Positions 26,332 through 35,613 of a stretch of DNA of 64,000 nucleotides are shown piece after piece. The first letter of the stretch is position 1, and every line of letters begins with the position of its first letter. A program made the translations under genes and the position numbers. Below the pieces are notes generated by a model. That model saw only the letters and a list, made by a program, of their open reading frames with translations. It made no database searches and was not told the DNA's origin. Source of the stretch: a virus; IMG/VR virus record IMGVR_UViG_3300047311_000323, positions 64,001 through 128,000 of that record. The stretch is one strand, 5' to 3'.

Positions 26332-28233
26332 TTAAACGGCTGGTGGTCTTGGAGCTGCCGGAGCTGGAGGTGCTGCTGGTGGAGGAACGGCTGGAGGAGC
26401 TGGAGGGGCTAGTTCACCCATTTCTACTGCTGGAGTTTCTTTGGCTTCTTCCTTGCCGGCGTTCTCCATTTCGGTAGCTTCTTGCTCTTTCCTCATTTGT
26501 TTACGAGCCTTCTCTTTATCTTGGTCACTCTGTAGTTTGCCCTTGATACCGGCAACATCTTCTCTTTCAGGAGATGGTGCGATTGGAGCCTTCTCTGCGC
26601 TGGCCATAGCTCCACGCAACTTAGCAAGGATATCATCTACACGAGTAGAGATATAGTTGTTAGCTTCGAGAGCTTTGTTTTGGGCTTCAGATAGTGAAGG
26701 GAATAGCGAAGCTAATCCAAGACTATCTAACATCATATCAACAATGCCTAATTGTCTTGGCATTTCTCTAGTCTTGTAAGACTTGGAAATATCTTCTAGC
26801 TTAGCTACAACATCAGAGATGGCAACGTTTTTGAAAGCGCTGTCTATTTGGCTATCGAAGTTCGATGCGGTTGGAGAAGGTTCACCTGCGCCAGCATCTG
26901 GGATATCATCTTCCGTTACTTCTAACGGCTCTTCGGTAGCTGGAGCTTCTGGCTTTTCAGCGGCAGGAGGAATAAAAGCTGGAGGGTTTCTCTCTGGCTT
27001 AGGACTGTCGGTAGTTGGAACATCTTCCAATGCAGCAGGAGGAATATTAGCGCCTGGTGGTGGAGCGATTTGAGCTTCTGTTACCATTAACTCATCTTCG
27101 GCATCTAGCACTTCTAGTTCGTCATCTTCCGCGCCCGTGACATCACCATCCGTCTTATTTCCATCGTTCATGTTATCGATGAATTCTTTAATGCCTTTTG
27201 GCTGAGGAGGATCGTTCTGGTCCCCGCCTACTGGGGTCTGTACGCTAGGAACGCCTGGTGGTTGAGCTGGCAATCCACCTGGGGCTCCAGGGTTACCAGC
27301 ACCAGATGGGTCGTCTGGTGGGGTTGCAGGAGGCACAGCACCGCCTTGTTGCTTGCCATCATCTTTAGCAGCTTCACCGCCTGCACCAGGGGTTTGTGCT
27401 AGAGCATATAGAACTTCAGCAGCTTTGACGAATCCACTGCGCTTAAGGACATTACCCTCACGCACAATCATGTCTTCGTACAAACGTGTAGACACGCTTA
27501 GCTTGTTGACAAGCTGAACCTTCTTCTTGAGGCTATAGATAGCCTCCATCAGATTTTCTAACTCACCACCAGCAAATTCTTGACCGTCCTGAGAACGAAG
27601 TAATTTTTCAGCAGAGTCCAAACGTCCAATAATCTTGGAACGTTGCTTCTCAATGATTTGCCTTTTCTCTTCATTACGCTCAGCATCTTGGCTAGCTTTT
27701 TCAACAGAGTCGCCATCTGTGCGAGGTTCTGGTTCTTTTTGAGCATCTGGCTTGACATGCAAGAAGTAACCAGGCTGTCCATTTTCATACCAGACTTGTG
27801 CAAACTTATATTTCATGTGAGTTCCTTCTTCGTGGAATCTTAGCCAATTCAAGAAGTCATAGATTTCCATTTTCACCCAACCACTAGTGGCAAGCTTAAT
27901 TGCCTCTCGATATGGGAACCCAGCCTTTTGTTTGTAGTGAATGTCCTTAAGTGCATACATCCACTTTCTCATGTCATGCTGACCAGCAATGTGCTGATAC
28001 TGGTCGTAGTTGGGGTAAGCCTTCTTGTCAGTTACATAAGAGTAAAACTTAGGAACAAACTTACTATAGTCAATGCCATGGTGATCAAAAAACTCCATGA
28101 GCTTTTTCATCTTCTCTTCCATCTCTGGAGTGAGCGCTAGCTCTTCATCAGAATATGGTTGAACGACCTTCTCCAACTGCTTTTTGGATGGCATGTCGAT
28201 AATGGGTTTGTTTGAAGGCTTGTTCTCTGGCAT
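26332..28233 (-). CDS. Large hypothetical head-module protein
   Basis: 633 aa of helical blocks separated by Pro/Gly/acidic linkers. KFAQ, ALAQ and TEAQ motifs. Hairpin motif IVREGNVLKRSGFVKAAEVL. Confidence 0.8.
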   Translation of the reverse strand: MPENKPSNKPIIDMPSKKQLEKVVQPYSDEELALTPEMEEKMKKLMEFFDHHGIDYSKFVPKFYSYVTDKKAYPNYDQYQHIAGQHDMRKWMYALKDIHYKQKAGFPYREAIKLATSGWVKMEIYDFLNWLRFHEEGTHMKYKFAQVWYENGQPGYFLHVKPDAQKEPEPRTDGDSVEKASQDAERNEEKRQIIEKQRSKIIGRLDSAEKLLRSQDGQEFAGGELENLMEAIYSLKKKVQLVNKLSVSTRLYEDMIVREGNVLKRSGFVKAAEVLYALAQTPGAGGEAAKDDGKQQGGAVPPATPPDDPSGAGNPGAPGGLPAQPPGVPSVQTPVGGDQNDPPQPKGIKEFIDNMNDGNKTDGDVTGAEDDELEVLDAEDELMVTEAQIAPPPGANIPPAALEDVPTTDSPKPERNPPAFIPPAAEKPEAPATEEPLEVTEDDIPDAGAGEPSPTASNFDSQIDSAFKNVAISDVVAKLEDISKSYKTREMPRQLGIVDMMLDSLGLASLFPSLSEAQNKALEANNYISTRVDDILAKLRGAMASAEKAPIAPSPEREDVAGIKGKLQSDQDKEKARKQMRKEQEATEMENAGKEEAKETPAVEMGELAPPAPPAVPPPAAPPAPAAPRPPAV

Positions 28234-28991
28234 TACTGGTTATTCAACTTTTTGTTAATGGTTTCGTTGAGTATTTTGGCTTCAGCAAGCTTCATGTCAG
28301 TATTGAGCGGCTGCTCTTGAGTTGGCATCTTTAGCTTGGCCATCTTCTCTTGGAAAATCTCCATAAATAACATGGAGCTTTCTAGGTCCAATTGGGACAA
28401 AACATCTCGGATTACATCATGAAATACCGAAATATGCTGATCTACCGCCTGCAAAGTCACGTTGTGTTGAATGACTAAGTCAGCGGGATTCTCAGTAAAT
28501 TTGTAATACTTCTCCAATAAGCCGCCAAGAAGCTCGCCGTATTCAATTAGAACACGATCTATCTTGGTATTGATATTACGTGGGTCTTCTTGAATTTCAT
28601 CAAAAACCTGACCCAAACGTGTTTCAATAGCCAGACATAACTGAGCTACCATTTGGCGCACATCTATTTCTTTGCCAGCTAATTCCAACATTTTACTCTT
28701 GTAAGTTGGATTACTCTTTACGGCCAATTCTAATTGGTCCGCTGTACCGGCAGCTACAGCTTGCTTGGTATTTATCATGTCCTCACGGATCATGGAATAT
28801 ACATCAAGATAGTTATCTTTGAATACTTTAATTGACTTTTCAGCCACTACAAATTTAGCTTCACTGACATTAGTATATTTACCAGCAAGCCATTCATGAA
28901 TGTCTTTTGCAGGATAATCTAATACTAACTTCGCAATGATTTCATCTTTATCTGGGTGGTCCAGAATCTTTTTAAGTGCGTTTTTGTTCAT
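28233..28991 (-). CDS. Hypothetical protein, possible terminase small subunit
   Basis: 252 aa: N-terminal HTH-like helices, a coiled middle and a C-terminal strand. The TerS call rests on architecture and context only. Confidence 0.4.
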   Translation of the reverse strand: MNKNALKKILDHPDKDEIIAKLVLDYPAKDIHEWLAGKYTNVSEAKFVVAEKSIKVFKDNYLDVYSMIREDMINTKQAVAAGTADQLELAVKSNPTYKSKMLELAGKEIDVRQMVAQLCLAIETRLGQVFDEIQEDPRNINTKIDRVLIEYGELLGGLLEKYYKFTENPADLVIQHNVTLQAVDQHISVFHDVIRDVLSQLDLESSMLFMEIFQEKMAKLKMPTQEQPLNTDMKLAEAKILNETINKKLNNQ

Positions 28992-29033
28992 AAAACCTCT
29001 GATTATAATATTGTTTTATAACCAGGGTATCGC

Positions 29034-29762
29034 TTACTTGTTGTAACCTAGTCGACCTTCACGGGTGTCAAAGATGGCATGGAAGGGGGTATCCAAGCCG
29101 TTAGTTTGTTGAGCAACATCGCCACCAGGGACTCTAGAACCATTAGCTAGTTCGAATCCAGTTTCAAAATTGTAAGTCTTCTTATCCAAGTCGCATTGCC
29201 ACATATGTTCACCTACACGGGCAATCTGGGCTCCTGGATGGTCTGGGCAGTAACGAGAGCTTAGTGGAGCTTCTAGGATCTTGTATTCCTTAGTGAATCC
29301 GCTGTTCTCAATCGCCTTCTCAGACTTTCCAATTTGATTGTACTTGTGCAAATCTTGACGTGGTTGTTCGTACTTTGCCTTTATAGCATCAGCTCTTGCA
29401 TCTACCAAGTCTTTGCGTTCGGCATAAGCATTTGGTGGAGCAGCAATAGTTAGAAGTAGTTCATCTAAAACCGAAGCAACTCTCTTGAGTTGTGGGTCTC
29501 CAGACTCATCTAGAGCTTGTGCCAAGGCGGCAGTCTCTTCAATAGATTCTGAGGTGATGACGGACTCGGTTGGAGTCTCGATAACATCTACTTCATCGGC
29601 GGCCTTCTTTAGAAGGGCGGCGGCCAGAACACAAGACTCTGCTACTACTTGCATGCACTTTTCATCGGCCTCAGCAAGTAGCAGAGCTTCGTTATTTGGG
29701 CTCTCTAGCCAAGAAGCCATAGCATTTAATAGTTCAGCAATTCTCATTTTATCCTCATCCAT
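29034..29762 (-). CDS. Hypothetical protein with hairpin motif and C-terminal zinc-ribbon-like domain
   Basis: LAQALDESGDPQLKRVASVLDELL motif, and RYCPDHPG...WQC. Confidence 0.75.
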   Translation of the reverse strand: MDEDKMRIAELLNAMASWLESPNNEALLLAEADEKCMQVVAESCVLAAALLKKAADEVDVIETPTESVITSESIEETAALAQALDESGDPQLKRVASVLDELLLTIAAPPNAYAERKDLVDARADAIKAKYEQPRQDLHKYNQIGKSEKAIENSGFTKEYKILEAPLSSRYCPDHPGAQIARVGEHMWQCDLDKKTYNFETGFELANGSRVPGGDVAQQTNGLDTPFHAIFDTREGRLGYNK

Positions 29763-30856
29763 CGATCAAAAGTGAGTCCATTATACTTGCTAATTAATGC
29801 CTCTTCTTGTTGTCTTTTTTGTTCTACTCTTTGTTCGTGCTCTAGGTCCCTTTGCTCAATACGCTCTTGCAACTGGTCCGGTGTTAGAACGGAAGGGTTC
29901 TGCTCTTGTTCTAATAGTTTCTGCTGCTTAGCCTCTTGCATCTGCCTAGACCATCGTTGGTTTGGATTCAAGGCATCTAATTCTTTTTGTTTATCTTCTA
30001 ATTCTTCTTGCCTACGACCAAAATCCATTTGTTCTCTAGCGCCTTCTTCAGTATCATCAAATAGCGCGTTATTGGTCTGTAGTTTTTTAATAAGATCTTG
30101 AAAAGAATCATGAGCAGTTAAAATAACGGGAGCTGCCTTTGGGCTGTGTCCTCTTCTAACAGAACGAATTAAGTTTTCCACTAATGGTCTTAATTTGGTT
30201 TCGTTCAATAGTTTGGACAAAAACTCAGTATTATCTAATCCGTATCTGTGTGCTTCTGGGTGAGTTGTAAAACTCAAAAGATTATCTTTGGAAAGACCCT
30301 TAGCTTTTTGAAGTTCATAACCGCCTATTGACTCTTTATCAATTGCGGATTTTTCAGCAGATGGAACAAACTTAGATAGGGTTGATCTGACTTCGTCAAA
30401 TCCACCATCTAATCTTCGAAGAAAAGTTCTAATCTTTGATTCTTGATGCTCAAATCTATTCAGATCTGGGTGTCTCATATTGCCTTTGAGGCTGAGCTTC
30501 ATAGCATCTTTAATCTCAGTAAGACTAAAATCTTTTAGGATCTTAGAGATGGTTAAGCCCCTCTGAACTGCCCTATAAGTATCGGTAGGGCCGAGCGATG
30601 GATTAACGGCGAGTGTTTTGACTATAGCAACAAGTTCACGGATCAAATCAAACTGTGGGCCCTTGTTATCGTCATCTGCCCAGGCCAATATACTCTGGTC
30701 TTTGACTCTTGGACCGTCTAGCCACATCTCTCGTAAAACTTTTAGACGCTTCCTGACCTCCGCCATAATGGCTGGAGATACGGGCATAGGTTCAGCCGCG
30801 ACTGAGATAAGCCGGTACTTCAAATCTAAAAAATCGGCTAGCCTATCTATTCTCAT
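29744..30856 (-). CDS. Hypothetical protein
   Basis: 370-aa ORF with a Gln/Glu coiled C-terminus. Confidence 0.7.
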   Translation of the reverse strand: MRIDRLADFLDLKYRLISVAAEPMPVSPAIMAEVRKRLKVLREMWLDGPRVKDQSILAWADDDNKGPQFDLIRELVAIVKTLAVNPSLGPTDTYRAVQRGLTISKILKDFSLTEIKDAMKLSLKGNMRHPDLNRFEHQESKIRTFLRRLDGGFDEVRSTLSKFVPSAEKSAIDKESIGGYELQKAKGLSKDNLLSFTTHPEAHRYGLDNTEFLSKLLNETKLRPLVENLIRSVRRGHSPKAAPVILTAHDSFQDLIKKLQTNNALFDDTEEGAREQMDFGRRQEELEDKQKELDALNPNQRWSRQMQEAKQQKLLEQEQNPSVLTPDQLQERIEQRDLEHEQRVEQKRQQEEALISKYNGLTFDRWMRIK

Positions 30857-30859
30857 GGA

Positions 30860-32458
30860 TTACCCGAAAATCTTGGCGTTGATGAAGGAAGCCCCCTCAT
30901 AAGTCTCATCCATACCCTTACGGTATAGAGGACGGCAATATCCACTTGTATCTTGGTATACCTTGTTTACTGGTAGGCCGGTGTGTGAGCAAATTGGGTA
31001 CTCACTGTTAGCGCTCTTAATCATCTTAGAGCATTTTGTCTCAGCCGTTTTGACACCAGCTAGTCCGGTCATGTATAGCTGGAATGCGAGGGCATAAGCC
31101 TTTTCATCACCAGCATTTGCTAGTACGTTGAGAGCGTCTTCTGCCTTAGCATAATTCTCTTCCGAGAGGGCTTGACGCAAATTGCCAACAAGCTCACTTG
31201 GTTTGAGAGATGCCATGTTAGAAGCAACAGCGGCAACCTTAGAATCAGTCTTCTTTTGAGAAACTAGACCATTGATGCCGGCCTTATCAAAGGAGGCAAT
31301 TGATCCATTACACAACATAATGACTGGCTTTTGTAGTTTATCATTAGCTACTTTAACTGGAACAGTGAAAGCAACTTTTCCGGTTTCTAATGATACGCCA
31401 CAGAAAATGGTGTTCTCATCATTACCAGTAACTACAATTTGATGATTAGCAAATCCCATGGACTGTAGCTCACGGGAGATATGGTTCTTAGCGGCCCCAA
31501 CTTTTTCTGGACCAAATCTCCAAGAGGCAAGACCTTGTGGAGTGGTGAACTTCTCTTCAAAAGAAACAAACTCATCAGACTTTGGAAGTGCAACATCTGC
31601 CTTAGCAGCGGCATCAACCTTGAGTCCAACGACCTGGCCTTGGAAGAATTCAGACTGACCCTGACGTTCTGCGTTCATACGGGTTACTGCTAACTCGGCA
31701 GCAGATACTTCACGCTTATCACTGGCAGCATGAGTCAAAGCGGCAAGAATATCGGTAGCACCAATCTTGGTCTTAGAGCCAGCTTGTTGCTTCAAGTAAG
31801 CTTTGATAGTAGTGTGATTGAGGTCTTCTGGACCAGTATTACCCATGAATACTTCTGGTTCTACGACATCACTCTTCTTAACTTCTACAGGAACGTAGAA
31901 GGAGGTGACTCCCTTTGGAGTTTCGTAGTCAGCCTTGATTACAATGAACTTGTCATTACCATCGCTGATAGTTAGATGAGACGGCCTTAGATTCCAAGCA
32001 TCCAAAGTAGTGCCAACTGACTTCATAGCCTTTTCAGCCACTGGTTGGGAGTATAGCTTGAGCGGAGCGTGCTTATCGAAAACGCTCTCCAAAGCATTGG
32101 CCAAAACCTGGTCACCTACATGATAGGCGTTGGCTTTGACGGCTTCGTCACGTTGATAAGTGGTAATTTCTGGCTCGACTGCTTCGCCAAGCTCATCTGA
32201 TAACAACTCAGCAACCTTGGTGCCATGTTGATACAGCTTTCCGTAAAGAGACTTCAACTCTGCTTTACGAATGAAATTTGTGTTGTTGTCAACCATCTTA
32301 TCGATAATTCTGGACATAGATCCAAGAGTTTTATCTTGAGGATAGACTTCAACGTATCGTGCTAGCTTAGCAGCTAAAATCGGAGTTGGGATTCTCTGAT
32401 TTTCGTCCACTGCTTTTGCTAAGGAACCTACTAGTTGATGTATTTTATCAAAGCTCAT
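30860..32458 (-). CDS. Hypothetical protein with internal domain duplication
   Basis: 532 aa. Two GND...F(Y/T)VPV(E/K)V...P...N units, and a C-terminal Cys/His cluster. Confidence 0.8.
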   Translation of the reverse strand: MSFDKIHQLVGSLAKAVDENQRIPTPILAAKLARYVEVYPQDKTLGSMSRIIDKMVDNNTNFIRKAELKSLYGKLYQHGTKVAELLSDELGEAVEPEITTYQRDEAVKANAYHVGDQVLANALESVFDKHAPLKLYSQPVAEKAMKSVGTTLDAWNLRPSHLTISDGNDKFIVIKADYETPKGVTSFYVPVEVKKSDVVEPEVFMGNTGPEDLNHTTIKAYLKQQAGSKTKIGATDILAALTHAASDKREVSAAELAVTRMNAERQGQSEFFQGQVVGLKVDAAAKADVALPKSDEFVSFEEKFTTPQGLASWRFGPEKVGAAKNHISRELQSMGFANHQIVVTGNDENTIFCGVSLETGKVAFTVPVKVANDKLQKPVIMLCNGSIASFDKAGINGLVSQKKTDSKVAAVASNMASLKPSELVGNLRQALSEENYAKAEDALNVLANAGDEKAYALAFQLYMTGLAGVKTAETKCSKMIKSANSEYPICSHTGLPVNKVYQDTSGYCRPLYRKGMDETYEGASFINAKIFG

Positions 32459-32473
32459 TGAATACCTATTCCG

Positions 32474-32944
32474 TTAAACCAGTTCCGGGTATCGTCTAGA
32501 TACCTCTAGTCTAGCTGTCTCACTTAGTTCACTCAATAAAGCCTTGACGAGCTTCTTGTTAGTGGCTAGTTTTTCTGGTAGGTACTGCTCGGCCTTGTGC
32601 AACTCTGTACTTGGAATACCGAGTTTAGAAGATGCCAATCTTACAAGGGGGTCACCCTTGTAAGAAATTTGCAAGTCATGACCGTTCTTGGTCACGAATA
32701 CTCCCCAGGGATTAGAAGAGGCGGTCTTTTCGACTTCAGCCTCATTATCATCATATAGAGCAACGATGTAATCACCATCATCTGCGCTTTGAATTTGCCA
32801 CAGATCGGCACCCTTGTCGCCATCCTTGAATCTAACTACATCAAAAGCAACAGTTTCTAACTGATCTTTAACGTCAGCAAGACGATATGCCTTTTTTTGA
32901 ATTTGGGCTAAACCTGAGTAATCGATACTAAATTTTGGCATCAT
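32474..32944 (-). CDS. Hypothetical protein
   Basis: Start refined to MMPKFS (GGGAG SD). Contains a VEKTAS motif. Confidence 0.75.
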   Translation of the reverse strand: MMPKFSIDYSGLAQIQKKAYRLADVKDQLETVAFDVVRFKDGDKGADLWQIQSADDGDYIVALYDDNEAEVEKTASSNPWGVFVTKNGHDLQISYKGDPLVRLASSKLGIPSTELHKAEQYLPEKLATNKKLVKALLSELSETARLEVSRRYPELV

Positions 32945-33043
32945 GTCTCCCGTTGTACAGAACGTACCCTTCTTAAATAGAGTAATATTGATACTAATTC
33001 TGCACTTTATTGGTAGCAAACCTACTACGTAGATTTCAGATTA

Positions 33044-33484
33044 TTACCACTTTTCATCGCGGGCATCACTCATTTTCTTGAGAATATCCTTGATCTTCTC
33101 ATCATTTTCGATGATCTTACGGATTTTCTTTCTGGCTCCACCATAAATCTTCTTACCATTCTTGTAATCAACGTTTCCATTGAGAGACTTGGTAATGGAG
33201 CTTTGGTTGACATTCAGCATCTTAGCTATCTCCATTTGAGTATAGCCGTCAGCGTAAAGTCTAATTACTTCTCTTTGTCTTGGGGTCAGTAGTGTGTCTA
33301 CGACTCTCCAAAACTCTTTCTTGAGCTGTTCCTCCAGCTCGATTAAGTCTTCATTATACTCGAAAGGATTCAATCTTGCAGAGATACTATCTTCGTTGCA
33401 AAATGCCTCCATCATGTCATTTGAACAAACTGTTTCGAGTAGCACCCACTGATATTTATCTGATCTGTTTTTTCTACGTTCCAT
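33044..33484 (-). CDS. Sigma-70 region 4-like / LuxR-type HTH protein
   Basis: LLTPRQREVIRLYADGYTQMEIAKMLNVNQSSITKSL. No region 2 visible. Start refined (GAGGGG SD). Confidence 0.8.
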   Translation of the reverse strand: MERRKNRSDKYQWVLLETVCSNDMMEAFCNEDSISARLNPFEYNEDLIELEEQLKKEFWRVVDTLLTPRQREVIRLYADGYTQMEIAKMLNVNQSSITKSLNGNVDYKNGKKIYGGARKKIRKIIENDEKIKDILKKMSDARDEKW

Positions 33485-33556
33485 CTTTGACCCCTCTATA
33501 GATAACAACACAAACACAATATATCAATAGAGGAAAGATGGAAATTTCAAGAAATT

Positions 33557-34333
33557 TCAATCCTTGACGCCAAAAGACAGCTCACCGTAATCACTAATTC
33601 CTCCCTTAGTGATGTATTCATCTATGTCTTTGAAGTCGTCTGATAAGTAAAAATTGCGAATATTGGCCATATGGCCAAACTTACTGATAATCCGTTTCCT
33701 CCCTTTTTGTCCCGAAAAATCATTATCCAATAACAAAAACATGTTATTCGAGTATCTGCTAATGACAGAAAATTGATAGGGAGTCATAGAAGAAGTGCCT
33801 AAAGCGACAATATTTCTAAACCCTATCTCCATTGCCTTTATAACATCGAACTGGCCTTCTACGATATAGACGCAACCTCGATCTAATATATGTTGCTTAT
33901 TTTCGTAAAGTCCAAATACTAGATTACCCTTTCGGAAATCTAAAGAGTCTTTAGTATTCTTATACTTGGAGATTTTCTTTTCTTGCTGTTCCTTATCGGA
34001 AAGCAGGGTACGCCCAACCAGACCCACCGGCTGTCCGTAGGGGTTACGGAAGGGCATTACCAGAGGATAGTCCTCAAAGTAGCAGGTGGGTATCTTTCGA
34101 GGGAAAAGAGAGTCCTCGATTTCTCTATTGTAGAACAACCCTTCTTTTTGCAGGGCTTCCTCTCCAACCAAATCAACCAAAGCAGACAAATCTTGAACGC
34201 CTGGGAAATACCCAAACCGGAACAAATCTTGGCTGGTTTCATTAAGTCTGGAATCGAGATAGGACTTACTTGCTTGCGCTCCTGGATAATTATTCAACAG
34301 GAAGCGACATGATTCAACTATCTTGTCTAGCAT
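33557..34333 (-). CDS. dnaG: DnaG-type primase catalytic core and TOPRIM domain (no zinc finger)
   Basis: VMPFRN..GQPVGLVGR, KYKNT, VFGLY, YIVEGQFDV, VALGT, LLLDNDFSG, KDIDEY. Confidence 0.9.
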   Translation of the reverse strand: MLDKIVESCRFLLNNYPGAQASKSYLDSRLNETSQDLFRFGYFPGVQDLSALVDLVGEEALQKEGLFYNREIEDSLFPRKIPTCYFEDYPLVMPFRNPYGQPVGLVGRTLLSDKEQQEKKISKYKNTKDSLDFRKGNLVFGLYENKQHILDRGCVYIVEGQFDVIKAMEIGFRNIVALGTSSMTPYQFSVISRYSNNMFLLLDNDFSGQKGRKRIISKFGHMANIRNFYLSDDFKDIDEYITKGGISDYGELSFGVKD

Positions 34334-34681
34334 TTATACGTCTTTGTTAGCGGTTCGTAGTTTGTCCTTCAGCATCATTTTGAAGGGCTCGCTGAGGTGG
34401 TCGTGCACTTTATTGCACCCCGGACAGACTATATCATCGTTGACGACCTTCGGCTGAGCCTCTTTTCCACACTTTGTGCACTTGACCCCGAAAGCGACCG
34501 CTTGTTTTTGCCTAAATTGTTTGAGCGCCTTCATCTGAACTTTGACGAAGTGCGTGACGTTAGGCATCTCCTGATCGCACAAGCTACAGTAGACTTTATC
34601 GGTTTTTGGATCCAAATAGGGCTCCATTTGGTTTCCGGTTCCCTTACAACCTTTGTGTTGGCAAAACATTGCGAATGGCAT
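34334..34681 (-). CDS. Zinc-finger protein
   Basis: CQHKGC...CSLC and CTKC...CPGC pairs. Confidence 0.75.
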   Translation of the reverse strand: MPFAMFCQHKGCKGTGNQMEPYLDPKTDKVYCSLCDQEMPNVTHFVKVQMKALKQFRQKQAVAFGVKCTKCGKEAQPKVVNDDIVCPGCNKVHDHLSEPFKMMLKDKLRTANKDV

Positions 34682-35613
34682 TATACTACCTCATCTAGAA
34701 GAACGCCAATCAATTTATCAGTGTTCTTTGGATATTCAACGTCTAGAATCACCCTATGGTCTCCAGCGCCGCTTACTCCGCAATGAGGTATAATTACCTC
34801 ATCACAGTTTCTAGACTGCGGTTTTACTAGAATTTCCTTGTCACCATTAATAGTCTTCACCGTATGCTTACAGCCACGTAAAGCATCCAATAGAGGAATG
34901 GTTATATGGCTGACAACACTTGTACCCTCAATATTCAATCCCGGCTCTTGAGTTACGTGTATATGACAGAACGCATCGGTATGTTGATCGGCTAGCCCCA
35001 TAAAGGAGCCGGCGTAATTTCCCATGCCCTGAAGGCGCAAAGTATTGTTATCAAGAATGCCCGCAGGCACAGACACGTGCACAGACACGTCTGCCTGTAA
35101 GGTTCCACCACCATGGCAAACGTCACATTCGGCCATATTGGCCTGCCCATAACATTCGTTACAGGTCGTCACCATAACCATATTACCCTGTCGATTGATA
35201 ACCTGGCCACGGCCGCCACACTTCTTACAACCGTTGTTGAGCTTGACATTGCCAGCTCCTCCACAGTTTTGGCACTTGCTTTGTCGAGAATACTTGATTT
35301 CTTTCTTGCAACCTAGGACAGATTCCTTGAAAGAGATGGTTAGATTCACTTCAACGTTTTCTAGTTGAATGACTTGTTGTCGATGGAATCCACCTTGATG
35401 ATAGGCAGACCGTCTGTCTTGTGGGTCAGTACTCTTACCAGTTTGTATGACCTGATTGGCTTCATTAATTTTCTTGAATCTATCCTCAGCGCCCGCTTCT
35501 TTATTTATGTCGGGGTGGTACTTTTTAGTAAGTTCGCGGTACTTCTTCTTGGCGTCCTCCGGGCTGGTGCCCTGAGGTATTTCCAGAGTTGCGTAGGCTT
35601 CCTTAAGATTCAT
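34681..35613 (-). CDS. dnaJ: DnaJ-family co-chaperone
   Basis: J domain with HPD, four CxxCxGxG-type repeats and a C-terminal domain. The G/F region is very short. Confidence 0.93.
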   Translation of the reverse strand: MNLKEAYATLEIPQGTSPEDAKKKYRELTKKYHPDINKEAGAEDRFKKINEANQVIQTGKSTDPQDRRSAYHQGGFHRQQVIQLENVEVNLTISFKESVLGCKKEIKYSRQSKCQNCGGAGNVKLNNGCKKCGGRGQVINRQGNMVMVTTCNECYGQANMAECDVCHGGGTLQADVSVHVSVPAGILDNNTLRLQGMGNYAGSFMGLADQHTDAFCHIHVTQEPGLNIEGTSVVSHITIPLLDALRGCKHTVKTINGDKEILVKPQSRNCDEVIIPHCGVSGAGDHRVILDVEYPKNTDKLIGVLLDEVV

